DNA of 64,000 bases from Planctomycetota bacterium. GTDB lineage: Bacteria; Planctomycetota; B15-G4. Numbering within the stretch: position 1 is the stretch's first letter; each line of letters begins with the position of its first letter. The notes under the pieces are model-generated. The model made no database searches and was not told the DNA's origin. It saw nothing but the letters and a program-made list of their open reading frames with translations. Where the stretch lies: NCBI GenBank assembly GCA_038212275.1, contig JBBQUR010000004.1, positions 64,001 through 128,000 on the forward strand, read 5' to 3'. This document shows positions 1 through 12,448 of the stretch, in pieces. The position numbers and the translations under genes were made by a program.

Positions 1-1333
1 CCCAGCCGGTGGCGTAGCAGATTCCCGGAGCGTATCCCGCGCTTCCGTAGTAGTCCGACTGGTGGAAGCGCATCACCTGCTTCAGCGGCGGGCAGGCTCC
101 CTCGGCACCGGTCTTGCCTTCGGACAACAGGCGCGCCGCTTCCTTGATCGTGCTGCGTCGGCCGATACCCTCCGGGCCGTCACCGTAACTGGTGACGCGA
201 TTGCTCTTGGTGAGTTTGGCCCCGGCGTAGTAATCGCCCGTGCCTTCGTTGTACCAGGAGTGCGGGGCGAGCTCGCCGTAGAAGTAGTAGATGAACTGGT
301 GGAAGGCCTCGTGATTGAGCACGCCGAGCGTGAATTCGCGCGGCCGGTAATCAAACAGCACGAGCTCGCGTTCCCCGGAGTTCCAGTAGCCGCCGGTTCC
401 GTCTCGCCCGCCGTACCCCTTGTATTCGTCGACGTTCTTGCAGACACGCACGATCGACACGTCTTCGATGGGGGTCTGTCGCGGATAATGGGTCTCGTAC
501 ACGTCGCGCATCGCTTCGATGCGCGTGGCGAGATCCTGCGTGACACCCTTCTCGGAATCGTAGAGGAAGAGATAGCGCTTCGTGCGCAGGTGGCTCCAGC
601 CCGGCGGGAGCTTGTCGATCTGCTTCTGCAGGAAGCGATCCTGCTCGCTCATCGCGCCCAGGTCCGCATCGTGTGACCCCTGGTCCTTCTTTTCGATGCG
701 AGCAAACGACTTCGCCGCCTTGGTGAATTCTCCGACGGCCTTGTCGAAACGGTTCTCGATGGCGGAGCCGGTGAAGACCCAGCGGCCGTCGGGCTGATCG
801 AGCGTGACGAGGTAGACCTTCAGCGGGTTCTGCGTGGAGGTGAGGATCATCTCGCGGCCCTTGCCGCCCGCGATGGTCACGTCCTTTTCCCTGGTGACGT
901 CGCAGTAGCCGAAGCGCGCATCGATCAGCCACCGAATGAAGGTGTCGAGTCCGTCCTGCGGAGCTGCTTCGCCCTTCTTTGCCTTCGTGACTTTCGCAGG
1001 CTTCTTGGGCTTGTCGTCCTTGGTATCCGGCGGCGGCTCGCCGTCGCCGTCCGGAGAGCCTTCGTCAGCCGGATCGTCCAGGGCCCGGCCGATGGGCCAG
1101 AAGCTGATCTCGAACTGGCGGTTGTAGGGCGTGTAGCCCTGCTCGCCGCCGTAGTCCTTCTGCGGATCCTGATACTTGGCCAGCGTGAGCGAGTCGTTCG
1201 GACTCAGCGCCACCGCCACGTAGTCCTTCGGCGCCTTGAAAGTGAAACCGTGCGTGGAGTCCTTGAACTGCCCGTTTGCCAGCGCCGGTAGAAACAACAG
1301 AATCAGGCCCAGCCTGACACGTGCGCTTCGCAT
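1..1333 (-). CDS. Secreted DUF1570-like / gluzincin-type metalloprotease domain protein (3' end runs off the window)
   Basis: Not in the ORF track. Hand translation from ATG 1333 gives MRSARVRLGLILLFLPALA (signal peptide) and an open frame to position 2. It contains HEAFH (313-299) followed by PHSWYNEG. Confidence 0.8.
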   Translation of the reverse strand, partial: MRSARVRLGLILLFLPALANGQFKDSTHGFTFKAPKDYVAVALSPNDSLTLAKYQDPQKDYGGEQGYTPYNRQFEISFWPIGRALDDPADEGSPDGDGEPPPDTKDDKPKKPAKVTKAKKGEAAPQDGLDTFIRWLIDARFGYCDVTREKDVTIAGGKGREMILTSTQNPLKVYLVTLDQPDGRWVFTGSAIENRFDKAVGEFTKAAKSFARIEKKDQGSHDADLGAMSEQDRFLQKQIDKLPPGWSHLRTKRYLFLYDSEKGVTQDLATRIEAMRDVYETHYPRQTPIEDVSIVRVCKNVDEYKGYGGRDGTGGYWNSGERELVLFDYRPREFTLGVLNHEAFHQFIYYFYGELAPHSWYNEGTGDYYAGAKLTKSNRVTSYGDGPEGIGRRSTIKEAARLLSEGKTGAEGACPPLKQVMRFHQSDYYGSAGYAPGICYATGW

Positions 1334-1504
1334 CACCGTTTCCCTCGATGCTGACCCCTCGGATCGCGCAACCCCCGAACTGCCTCGGGATGCACGACCG
1401 GGAGCCAGCCGTATGATAGCGGGATTCGGGACGGAAGTGGCTGGCCAGTGCATCGCAGTGGTGCCAGCCACGACTCGACCACGGAATCTGGAGGCCACCC
1501 GGGC

Positions 1505-4500
1505 ATGTCTGCTGCATCACTCAAGCTTCCGCTCGTCGGCATGGGCGTCGTGCTCGCTGCGGGCGTTGCCGCCTGGCTGGTCTTCTCGTCCGCCGACGAC
1601 GCCGGGGCTCAGCCCGTCACGCCCCTGTCGGCGCGAGCCGCCGTGCCGGAACCCACCGGGTTCAGGGGTGGTCCTGCCGACGAGCGAGCCACCCCGACGG
1701 AGGTGCTTGCGCCGGCACCCGTGACGCCGGCCTCCCTGGACGGGCGCGTCCGGACGGCGGGTTCCGAAGCCGCAACGCAGGCCGAGCGTGCGCCCGTGGA
1801 GACCGTGGATCTCACCGGTCGTGTGGTGGATGGCAGCGGGCGTGCGATCGAAGGTGCCACCGTCACGTTTCAGGCGGACCCGATCGTCTTCGCGATCCGC
1901 AGGGGCGGCGACGGCGGCGAAGCCCGGCCCGCGGCGCCCTCCGCCACCACGGCGCGCGACGGGAGCTTCAAGCTGCACGCCGAGTTGCCGGCAGCGCCCC
2001 GTGTGTCAGGCGACATTCCGCTGCCGGCCATCGCGCCGCAACTCGCCACGCGCCATGAGCTTTTCGCGACGCTGGTCACCTCGCTGCCGGAACTGGCGGC
2101 GGGCTCACGCGATGTCGGAACTCTCGTCATGGATCCGGGCGCCTGGATTTCCGGACGCGCCGTCGACAGCAAGCAGCGACCCGTGGCCGGCGCCACCGTC
2201 ACCGGCCGCAATGAAGGCGGCGGCTCGCGCGGCGGCCGTGGCCGAGGCCGCGGGCCGGGTGGGCCCGGCGGATTCTTCGGCGGCCTCACCGAGTCCATCG
2301 GCAGCGTGACCACGGGCCCCGATGGGCGCTTCACGGTGAGCGGCATGCGCGAGGGCAAGGCCGGGCTGACCGTGCAGAAGCAGGGATTGCGCCTGGGCTC
2401 GTTGAGCGACCTCGACCTCCTGGCGGGCGTGCCGCTCAGTGTCGGCGACGTCGTGCTGGAGGACGGTGAACTCATCGCCGGCGTCGTGGTCGATGAACAG
2501 GGAGTGCCGATTTCCGGCGCCAGCGTCTCCGTGTCCAGCCTGGCGCGCATCGTGGTGAATCGCATCGAGGATCTGCCGCGTCAGCAGATCGGCCAGGAAT
2601 TCGGTCAGCGCGTGACGAGCGATGCCGAAGGGCACTTCGAGGTCGCCGGTCTGGCCGGCGGAACCTACACCGTTCACGTCGCGTCGCCGGGCTGCGCGGA
2701 ACTCCAGCGCGAGGACGTGCCCGCCGGCACGCGCAACCTGCGCCTGGCGCCGGTTCGACTGGGTTCGCTGCTGATCTCGCTGCAGGACAAGGCCGACGGA
2801 AAGCCCATCGAGCATGCGCGCATCAAGGCCACGCAGGCGACGGCCCCCGGCGAGTTTGCGGCCTGGCGCGGCGAGACGGTCGTGCCGGTGCTCGAGGGCG
2901 CCGCAGCGATGAAGGCCGCGGGGCTGGAGGAGCCTTCGAGCGGAGCGTATTTCGTGGCCGAGGCCGGCCTGCAAGGCACCAACCTCGTCGTCGCTGCGGA
3001 AGGCTACGCCACGCAGGAGATCGCGGCGCCGGCCGCCGTGTCGGGCCAGTTGTCGCGCTTCGGCGTGCAACTGGTTCCGGCCGCCGTGGTCGCCGGCCGC
3101 GTGCTGGATCGGGACGATCAGCCCGTGGCCGACGCGCTGGTGGAGATGGAAGTGGATCAGCAGGTCGATGACGGTGTGGTTGACCTCGGGGGCGGACGGC
3201 GCGAGATCCGGCGCGCATTGCGCATCGGACGTGACGACGGCGGCGAAGGGGAACTCAGCGCGGAACGCCTGACGGCGCGCACCGGTGCCGACGGCACCTT
3301 CGTGATTGCCGGCGCTTCCGCCGGCGACTGGACGCTGCACGTCACGGCGGACGGCTTCGTGTCGAGTCCGAATCAGAAGCTGACGCTGGCCGACGGGCAG
3401 TCGCAGCGCGATCTCACCGTGGTGCTCGACACGGCCGGCCGAGTGGCCGGCATGGTGACCGAATCGGACGGCACGCCGGTGGCGGACATCGAGGTCACCG
3501 CGACGCCCGCGACCGCGGCAGCAGCCGCGCCCGCAACCGAGGACAGGGGCGGCCCGTTCGGCCGCTTCTTCGGCCGCGGAGGCGTGGAAGGCGAGCGCCG
3601 CGCCCGCACGCGCATCGACGGCACCTACGTGATCGATGGCCTGAAGGAAGGCGACTACGTGGCGCGACTCGGCAACGGTCGGCGCGGCATGAATCTCGGC
3701 GGCGCGATGGTCTTCCCGATGGAGGGCGGCGACGGCAGCGATCCCTCCAATCCGAGCACACCCGCGCACGTCATCGCCGGTCAGGAGACGCGCGTGGATT
3801 TCGTGCGGCCCAAGCGCGCCTCGCTGGGAGGGCGCGTCCTTGCCGCGGGCGCTCCGGTTCCCGGGGTGACGGTCACGATGCGTCGCGCGGGCGGCCTGCC
3901 CTTCGGCGGGGAGCGCGCCACGACCGATGATCGCGGCGAGTACCGGTTCGCCGACGTCGAGGCTGGCAGCTACGACGTGTCGGCGCTCGCTCCGGGTGCG
4001 GGCCTGGAGCGCAAGCAGACGGTCAAGCTCGTTGCGGGCCAGGAGCAGCTCGCTGATCTGAGCTTCTCCGGCTCCACGGTGTCCGGCCGCGTGGTGGACA
4101 GCCAGAGCGGCGCAGGCGTTGCAGGCATCCAGATCACGATGTCGCCGGCACGCGACGCTTCGAAGGATGAGGCGCCTCGGGAAGCGATGGCCTTTTCGAT
4201 CATCACGAGCGACGGCCCGGGCGGCGCAGCTCCGGCTGGCCTGAACATGACCATCAATGGAGGCTCCGTGTCGGGCGTCCGCACGGATTCAGAAGGCCAG
4301 TTCGAATTGAAGTACGTCGAGGCCGGCCGCTACAGCCTCGAGGCGGAGGGCGCAGGCTACATGCGCACGACCAAGGACTCGCTGGAGGTGGCCGACGGCA
4401 GGAGCCTCTCCGACGTGAAGCTCGAGGTCAGTCGCGGCGGCATCGTCGAAGGACGCGTCCGCTCCGGCAGCACCGGAGAATCTCTGGACAAGGTGCCGGT

Positions 4501-4696
4501 GAGGCTCAGCTCCGACGGCGACGAGCAGATGAGCGTCACCAGCGACGGCGGACGCTATCGCTTCGACGGCCTGCAGCCGGGCGACTACTCGATCGACGTG
4601 CTCGGCTCGGGCTTCGGCTCCGAGGCGATCGCGACGAAGACCGTCAAGGTGAAGGCTGGCGAGACGGCGACCGCAGACCTGTCCACGAAGGGCTGA
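1505..4696 (+). CDS. Membrane-anchored protein with multiple carboxypeptidase-regulatory-like beta-sandwich repeats
   Basis: N-terminal TM helix (LVGMGVVLAAGVAAWLVF). Repeated 'GRVVD..G.P..GA.V' and 'T..DG.F...GL..G.Y' units. ATG 1505 follows GGAGG. Confidence 0.85.
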   Translation: MSAASLKLPLVGMGVVLAAGVAAWLVFSSADDAGAQPVTPLSARAAVPEPTGFRGGPADERATPTEVLAPAPVTPASLDGRVRTAGSEAATQAERAPVETVDLTGRVVDGSGRAIEGATVTFQADPIVFAIRRGGDGGEARPAAPSATTARDGSFKLHAELPAAPRVSGDIPLPAIAPQLATRHELFATLVTSLPELAAGSRDVGTLVMDPGAWISGRAVDSKQRPVAGATVTGRNEGGGSRGGRGRGRGPGGPGGFFGGLTESIGSVTTGPDGRFTVSGMREGKAGLTVQKQGLRLGSLSDLDLLAGVPLSVGDVVLEDGELIAGVVVDEQGVPISGASVSVSSLARIVVNRIEDLPRQQIGQEFGQRVTSDAEGHFEVAGLAGGTYTVHVASPGCAELQREDVPAGTRNLRLAPVRLGSLLISLQDKADGKPIEHARIKATQATAPGEFAAWRGETVVPVLEGAAAMKAAGLEEPSSGAYFVAEAGLQGTNLVVAAEGYATQEIAAPAAVSGQLSRFGVQLVPAAVVAGRVLDRDDQPVADALVEMEVDQQVDDGVVDLGGGRREIRRALRIGRDDGGEGELSAERLTARTGADGTFVIAGASAGDWTLHVTADGFVSSPNQKLTLADGQSQRDLTVVLDTAGRVAGMVTESDGTPVADIEVTATPATAAAAAPATEDRGGPFGRFFGRGGVEGERRARTRIDGTYVIDGLKEGDYVARLGNGRRGMNLGGAMVFPMEGGDGSDPSNPSTPAHVIAGQETRVDFVRPKRASLGGRVLAAGAPVPGVTVTMRRAGGLPFGGERATTDDRGEYRFADVEAGSYDVSALAPGAGLERKQTVKLVAGQEQLADLSFSGSTVSGRVVDSQSGAGVAGIQITMSPARDASKDEAPREAMAFSIITSDGPGGAAPAGLNMTINGGSVSGVRTDSEGQFELKYVEAGRYSLEAEGAGYMRTTKDSLEVADGRSLSDVKLEVSRGGIVEGRVRSGSTGESLDKVPVRLSSDGDEQMSVTSDGGRYRFDGLQPGDYSIDVLGSGFGSEAIATKTVKVKAGETATADLSTKG

Positions 4697-4808
4697 GCGC
4701 AGCGAAGGCCGCGAGCGTGGCGAAGCGCGCGCAGGCCGCGCGGGCCGCGCGGGCCGCGAGTCGGGCGGGGGCGCCCCGCGGCTCGCTACGGCAGCTGCGG
4801 CGTCGGCG

Positions 4809-5921
4809 TCAGTCCGGCGCGTTGCCCGGGAAGTGAGCGGGGCCGGTGAGCACCACGCAGGTGCGGCAGACCTCGGGGTACTCGCCCTTGAACATCTGGC
4901 GGCGGAACTCCTGGTAACGGGGGCCGTTCCAGATGCTCTCGAAGCTCTCGCGCAGCACGTTGCCCATCTCCAGCTCGGCCGGGCCCCGGCAGCACGGATA
5001 CACGGCGCCGTCCGGCGTGACCTTGGCGTAGTTCATCGCCATCGGGCAGAAGCCGGGGTGCATCGTCGCGAGGCTGTCCATGTGCAGCTCGCGGATCTCG
5101 GCCAGCGGCGCCTTGCTGCCCTGCCGGCTGGGATGGGCGACGATCTCGCCGCCCCAGGGCTGGTGCAGGTGGAGGCTGACGCTGACCTTGCGCGCGAGGG
5201 CCCGCTCGCGCACCAGCTCGACCATCGCTCCGAAGGCGTCCTCGGGCACGCGACCCTCCACCTTCAGGTCTTCGTAGCCGGTCGAGTTGGGGAGGAGCTC
5301 CTGGATGGACATCTGCGTGCCGCCGAGATCCGCCACGAGGTCCACCAGCGCCGGCATCTGATGCCAGTTGGGTTCCATGACCACTCCGTTGAAACCGATC
5401 TCGATGCGCGCCGCCGCAGCGAGCGGCATCACGGTGCGGATGTTCGCGAGCACTTCCTCGAAGTTCGCGCCAGCACGCAGCGCCTCAAACGTGGCCTTCT
5501 CGGGCGAGTCGATGGAAAACCAGATGCGGTGCGTGCACGGAGCGATGCGCAGGAAGGTCTTCTCGTCCAGCAGCGTGCCGTTGCAGTAGAGCAGCATCTG
5601 CACGTCGTGCCGCCCGCACATCTCCACGATCGCCTCGAGATCGTTCATGAGCGGCTCGCTGGCGTCGCTCGGAGTCAGGTGCAGCGCATGCGGGAGGATC
5701 TGGTCCAGCACGCCGCGCGCGGCAGCGGGTGGCATCACCTTGGACGGGATGCCGTCGGCCTGATGGCACATCACGCACAGCAGGTTGCAGTGGTTGTTGA
5801 AGCCGAACTCGATCTCGGTGGGACGCGACACCCAGACCAGGCGCTCGCACGCCAGGTCTTCCGCGAGGCGCAGGACGTTCTCGCTCTCGCGCGGAATCTT
5901 GTGTTCTCTGCCGTTCGTCAT
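4809..5921 (-). CDS. Radical SAM protein with C-terminal SPASM/Twitch domain
   Basis: CNLLCVMC motif (5789-5766). C-terminal CPMA...VTPDGAVYPCC...GNV..ESFESIWNG...CRTC. Confidence 0.9.
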   Translation of the reverse strand: MTNGREHKIPRESENVLRLAEDLACERLVWVSRPTEIEFGFNNHCNLLCVMCHQADGIPSKVMPPAAARGVLDQILPHALHLTPSDASEPLMNDLEAIVEMCGRHDVQMLLYCNGTLLDEKTFLRIAPCTHRIWFSIDSPEKATFEALRAGANFEEVLANIRTVMPLAAAARIEIGFNGVVMEPNWHQMPALVDLVADLGGTQMSIQELLPNSTGYEDLKVEGRVPEDAFGAMVELVRERALARKVSVSLHLHQPWGGEIVAHPSRQGSKAPLAEIRELHMDSLATMHPGFCPMAMNYAKVTPDGAVYPCCRGPAELEMGNVLRESFESIWNGPRYQEFRRQMFKGEYPEVCRTCVVLTGPAHFPGNAPD

Positions 5922-6044
5922 GGTGCCCGTGGGGTGAGAGGCGTGTGCCGGGATTGGTGCGACTGCGCATTCAGCAGCGTAGCCCGGCATGGCGGCCGGG
6001 CACGCAGCCGACTCCACTCTTCTCGGCTCGTCCGCGACTTCGAC

Positions 6045-6590
6045 TCAGGTGGACTTGCGGCCGCGTTTGCTGCCCGGATCGTCCGCTGAGCGCGGGGCGT
6101 CCTTGCCCGAGGCGGGGCGACCCCTGGCCGGATCCTTGCCGTCCGGAGCGCCCTTCGGCGAGTCTGGCGTCTTCCCGGCACGACCCGGACCGGCCGGCTT
6201 CGTCTCGGATGCTGTCGCATCGGGGCGGCCGGAGTCTGCGGCCTTGGTGCCCTTGGACGGGCCCTTGCCCGCTGCGTCAGGGCCGGTCCCGCCTGCGTCC
6301 TTGCCGCTTCCGACGTCGTGGTTGCCGGATGAGGAGTCGTGGTTGCCGGATGCGGAGTCGCCGGAGGAGGACTCACCAGCCGGTGCCGGCTTGCCGCCCG
6401 AGGTGGCTCGCTTGTAGTCGGTCTCGTAGAAGCCGCTGCCCTTGAAGACCACGCCGATGCCTGCGCCGATGAGACGACGCAGCTTGCGTCGACGGCACTT
6501 CGGGCAGGTCACGAGCAGCGGCTCGGCGATGCCCTGGAAGTGCTCGAAGCGATGCTGGCACGCGTCGCAGACGTAGTCGTAGGTGGGAAT
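6045..6590 (-). CDS. FmdB-family zinc-ribbon protein with long low-complexity tail; probable ATT start
   Basis: The frame extends above the ORF-track start: (I)PTYDYVCDACQHRFEHFQ...TCPKC...FKGSGFYETDY, the canonical FmdB pattern. Confidence 0.85.
   Translation of the reverse strand: MPTYDYVCDACQHRFEHFQGIAEPLLVTCPKCRRRKLRRLIGAGIGVVFKGSGFYETDYKRATSGGKPAPAGESSSGDSASGNHDSSSGNHDVGSGKDAGGTGPDAAGKGPSKGTKAADSGRPDATASETKPAGPGRAGKTPDSPKGAPDGKDPARGRPASGKDAPRSADDPGSKRGRKST
6317..6360 (-). repeat. 21-bp tandem duplication within the FmdB tail (DSASGNH/DSSSGNH)
   Basis: CGTGGTTGCCGGATG(A/C)GGAGT occurs twice on the + strand. Confidence 0.8.
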
Positions 6591-6619
6591 GGGGCCGTCC
6601 GTGTCGCGGGTGGGGGCTG

Positions 6620-7222
6620 TCAGTCGGTGTCGCGAGGAGCCGCACGCGCGACGATGACCTGCGCTTCACGCAGCAACCTGTCGTGCAGCCGGTAGCCCGG
6701 CGCGGCGACGTGCAGAATCGCGCCCGGCGCGACCTCGTTGCTGGGCTGCTCCATGAGCGCGCGGTGGCTGTTCGGGTCGAGCACCTGGCCGCGCGCCGCG
6801 GGCACGGCCGTGACGCCGTGCGCAGCCAGCACGCTCAGGAACTGCTGTTCGATGAGCTGCAGCCCGTGGAGGAAAGTCGGGTCGATGTCCGCCGGCGGAG
6901 CCGCGAGAGCGCGCTGCAGATTGTCGAGCACCTCGAGCAGGCCGGTGAGCACGGGCGCCGCGCCGTAGCGGCGCGCGCTGTCCACGTCGAGTCGCATGGC
7001 GCGGCGCACGTTCTCGATGTCGGCGCGCGCTCTCAACCACTTGTCCTGCATCTCGACGAGCTGCTGCGCGACCTCCTCTGTACCGTTGCCCTCGTCGTCC
7101 GAGGCAGCGCCACCCAGCTTGCCCCGCGACGATTCGAGGTCGGGAACGCCAGGAGTGCGCTCGGAGGCGGCGCCGAAGTCGTCGTCGGGTTGCTGTTCGT
7201 CGTGTCCGGTGTGTCTTGGCAT
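6620..7222 (-). CDS. grpE: Nucleotide exchange factor GrpE
   Basis: WLRARADIENVRR, LLEVLDNLQRAL, DPNSHRAL, GYRLHDRLLREAQV; adjacent to dnaJ. Confidence 0.95.
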   Translation of the reverse strand: MPRHTGHDEQQPDDDFGAASERTPGVPDLESSRGKLGGAASDDEGNGTEEVAQQLVEMQDKWLRARADIENVRRAMRLDVDSARRYGAAPVLTGLLEVLDNLQRALAAPPADIDPTFLHGLQLIEQQFLSVLAAHGVTAVPAARGQVLDPNSHRALMEQPSNEVAPGAILHVAAPGYRLHDRLLREAQVIVARAAPRDTD

Positions 7223-7240
7223 GGGCTGAGTTGCGAGGAC

Positions 7241-8380
7241 CTATTCGAAGAGGTCCTTGACCTTGTCGAGGAACGACTTTCGCTGAGGAGACGCATGGCC
7301 ATCATCGATGCTCATGAACTCGGTGAGCAGTTCCTTCTGGCGCGAGCTGAGCTTGCGGGGTGTCTCGAGCTGCACGCGCACGATGAGGTCGCCCTGCCCG
7401 TGACCGTAGACGGACGGCATGCCCATGTTGCGCAGGCGGAAGAGCTTTCCGCTCTGCGTGCCCGCCGGAATCTTGAGTTCGGCCGCGCCGGCAAGGGTGG
7501 GGACTTCGATGTCCGCGCCGAGCGTGGCCTGGCCGAAGGAGATCGGCATCTCGCAGAGCAGGTCGTCGCCCTCGCGCTGGAAGAGAGCGTGCGACGCGAC
7601 CTCGACCTCGACGAAGAGGTCGCCCCGGGGGCCGCCCTCGCTGCCTGGCTCGCCTTCGCCCTCGACGCGCAACTGCTGCCCGGTCTGGATGCCGCGCGGG
7701 ATGCGCACCTTGATGTCGCGTTCCTGGGGCTTCGTGCCCGAGCCGGAACAGCCCTTGCAAGGATCCTTGATGAGCTTTCCCTTGCCGCGGCACGCCGGGC
7801 AGGTCGTCTGCATCATGAAGAAGCCCTGGCTGCGCTGCACCTGGCCGTGACCGCCGCAGGTGCTGCAGCGCTCGGGCCTGGTGCCCTTCTTCGCGCCGCT
7901 CCCGCCGCAATCTCCGCAATGTTCGTTGCGGTGGATGCTGACCGTGCGCTCGATGCCGTCGAAGGCCTGCTTGAGCGTCAGCGAGAGGCTGATGCGCAGG
8001 TGGCTTCCCTGGCGTGGCCCGTTGCGCGACTGCTGCCCGCCGAACAACCCGCTGAGGATGTCGTTGAGGCCGCCGCCTCCGCCGCCGCGACCGCCGAAGA
8101 GACTCTCGAAGATGTCCCTGGGGTCGGCGCCGCTGGACTGGAAGCCACGGCCGCGCAGGCCGTCGTGACCGTACTGGTCGTAGGTCCGGCGCTTCTCCGC
8201 ATCGGAGAGCACCTCGTAGGCCTCGGCAGCCGCCTTGAAGTTCTCACCCGCGTCCGGATCGTCCTTGTTCCGGTCCGGGTGGTACTTCAGGGCCAGCTTG
8301 CGGTAGGCCTTCTTGAGCTCTTCGTCGGAGGCGGTGCGGTCAACGCCCAGAATCGCGTAATAGTCGCGGGTGGCGGCCAT
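7241..8380 (-). CDS. dnaJ: Chaperone DnaJ
   Basis: J-domain with HPD, G/F region, four CxxCxGxG repeats, C-terminal domain. Confidence 0.97.
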   Translation of the reverse strand: MAATRDYYAILGVDRTASDEELKKAYRKLALKYHPDRNKDDPDAGENFKAAAEAYEVLSDAEKRRTYDQYGHDGLRGRGFQSSGADPRDIFESLFGGRGGGGGGLNDILSGLFGGQQSRNGPRQGSHLRISLSLTLKQAFDGIERTVSIHRNEHCGDCGGSGAKKGTRPERCSTCGGHGQVQRSQGFFMMQTTCPACRGKGKLIKDPCKGCSGSGTKPQERDIKVRIPRGIQTGQQLRVEGEGEPGSEGGPRGDLFVEVEVASHALFQREGDDLLCEMPISFGQATLGADIEVPTLAGAAELKIPAGTQSGKLFRLRNMGMPSVYGHGQGDLIVRVQLETPRKLSSRQKELLTEFMSIDDGHASPQRKSFLDKVKDLFE

Positions 8381-8384
8381 CAAC

Positions 8385-9989
<1,605 letters not shown>

Positions 9990-10132
9990 GATCGTGGGTC
10001 TCTCGTGCAGTGGTCACCGCGCAGGAAGGCGGCGGACCGGAGGGAATGAGATGTGTCGGGTGGGGCGGGACGATGCGCCTCGCGCGTCGGCGCGAAGCGT
10101 GAGCGAGCCGTGATGCCGGCGCCGCGCGGCAA

Positions 10133-10423
10133 TCAGCCGCAGCGGGCCAGGACCTCGCTCTCGCGAAGGATCTTGAACTCGATCTCGTTGATGGTGACCT
10201 CGGTGCCGGCGTACTTGCCGAAGATCACCTGGTCGCCGATCTTGAGACTCATCGGGACGCGCGTGCCATTCTTGAGCAGCTTGCCGGTGCCGACGGCGGT
10301 CACCTTGCCACGCTGCGGCTTCTCGCGCGCAGCGTCGGGCAGCACGATGCCGCCGGCAGTCTTCTCCTCGGCGTCGAGGACCTCGATCACGATGCGGTCG
10401 TCCAGGGGCTTGATGGTGGTCAT
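10133..10423 (-). CDS. groES: Co-chaperonin GroES
   Basis: [12 protein letters not shown]...[10 protein letters not shown]...KYAGTEV. Confidence 0.97.
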   Translation of the reverse strand: MTTIKPLDDRIVIEVLDAEEKTAGGIVLPDAAREKPQRGKVTAVGTGKLLKNGTRVPMSLKIGDQVIFGKYAGTEVTINEIEFKILRESEVLARCG

Positions 10424-10505
10424 GTGTCGTGTTTCCTGTTTCGTTGAGTGCGTGTGTTGACGTTGCGCGTGCGGGGAGGCTCGGTCGGTCGGTGTGGGGC
10501 GGGGC

Positions 10506-12197
<1,692 letters not shown>

Positions 12198-12268
12198 GGG
12201 CTTCTTGCTCCAGATGCGATGCAATGCGGTGCGATGGTCACGGTGGACCATGGGCGCGCTGGGCAGTG

Positions 12269-12285
12269 AGCAAACCGGGGGCCAA
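12269..12285 (-). promoter_or_regulatory. sigma54 (-24/-12) promoter of the groEL operon
   Basis: Minus strand reads TTGGC-CCCCGGT-TTGCT with exact GG-N10-GC spacing, about 70 bp upstream of the groEL ATG. Confidence 0.75.
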
Positions 12286-12376
12286 AGTTGCGCGTCAGGC
12301 GAGCACGCGTAACGGCCTTGAGAAAAAGGGTTTGCAGCGCTAATGTCGGTCGAGCCGTGCGAAGTCGCGAGGGATC

Positions 12377-12432
12377 TGCCAGCTTGGCATCGGGTCCGCG
12401 CGAGTTGTCGAGGCATGTCTGCCACATTGGCG
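12377..12432. promoter_or_regulatory. Two palindromic TGCCA-N3-TGGC sites (candidate activator/enhancer sites)
   Basis: TGCCAGCTTGGCA (12377-12389) and TGCCACATTGGCG (12420-12432); the same motif recurs upstream of clpB. Confidence 0.6.
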
Positions 12433-12448
12433 CTGAGGTTTGAAACGG

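Noticed and set aside
4697..4808. GGCCGCGCG-like short repeats between convergent genes
   Set aside because: Low-complexity GC sequence with no clear terminator or element structure.
4809..5921. Radical SAM gene as the NrdG activase for the NrdD-like ORF
   Set aside because: It has a longer SPASM/Twitch architecture than NrdG, lies about 25 kb away, and the NrdD-like ORF has no glycyl-radical loop.
12310..12323. IHF site between the sigma54 promoter and the candidate enhancers
   Set aside because: TAA-N5-TTGA is one base off the WATCAA-N4-TTR consensus spacing; too weak to call.
12198..12448. CIRCE/HrcA operator upstream of groEL
   Set aside because: No TTAGCACTC-N9-GAGTGCTAA match was found.
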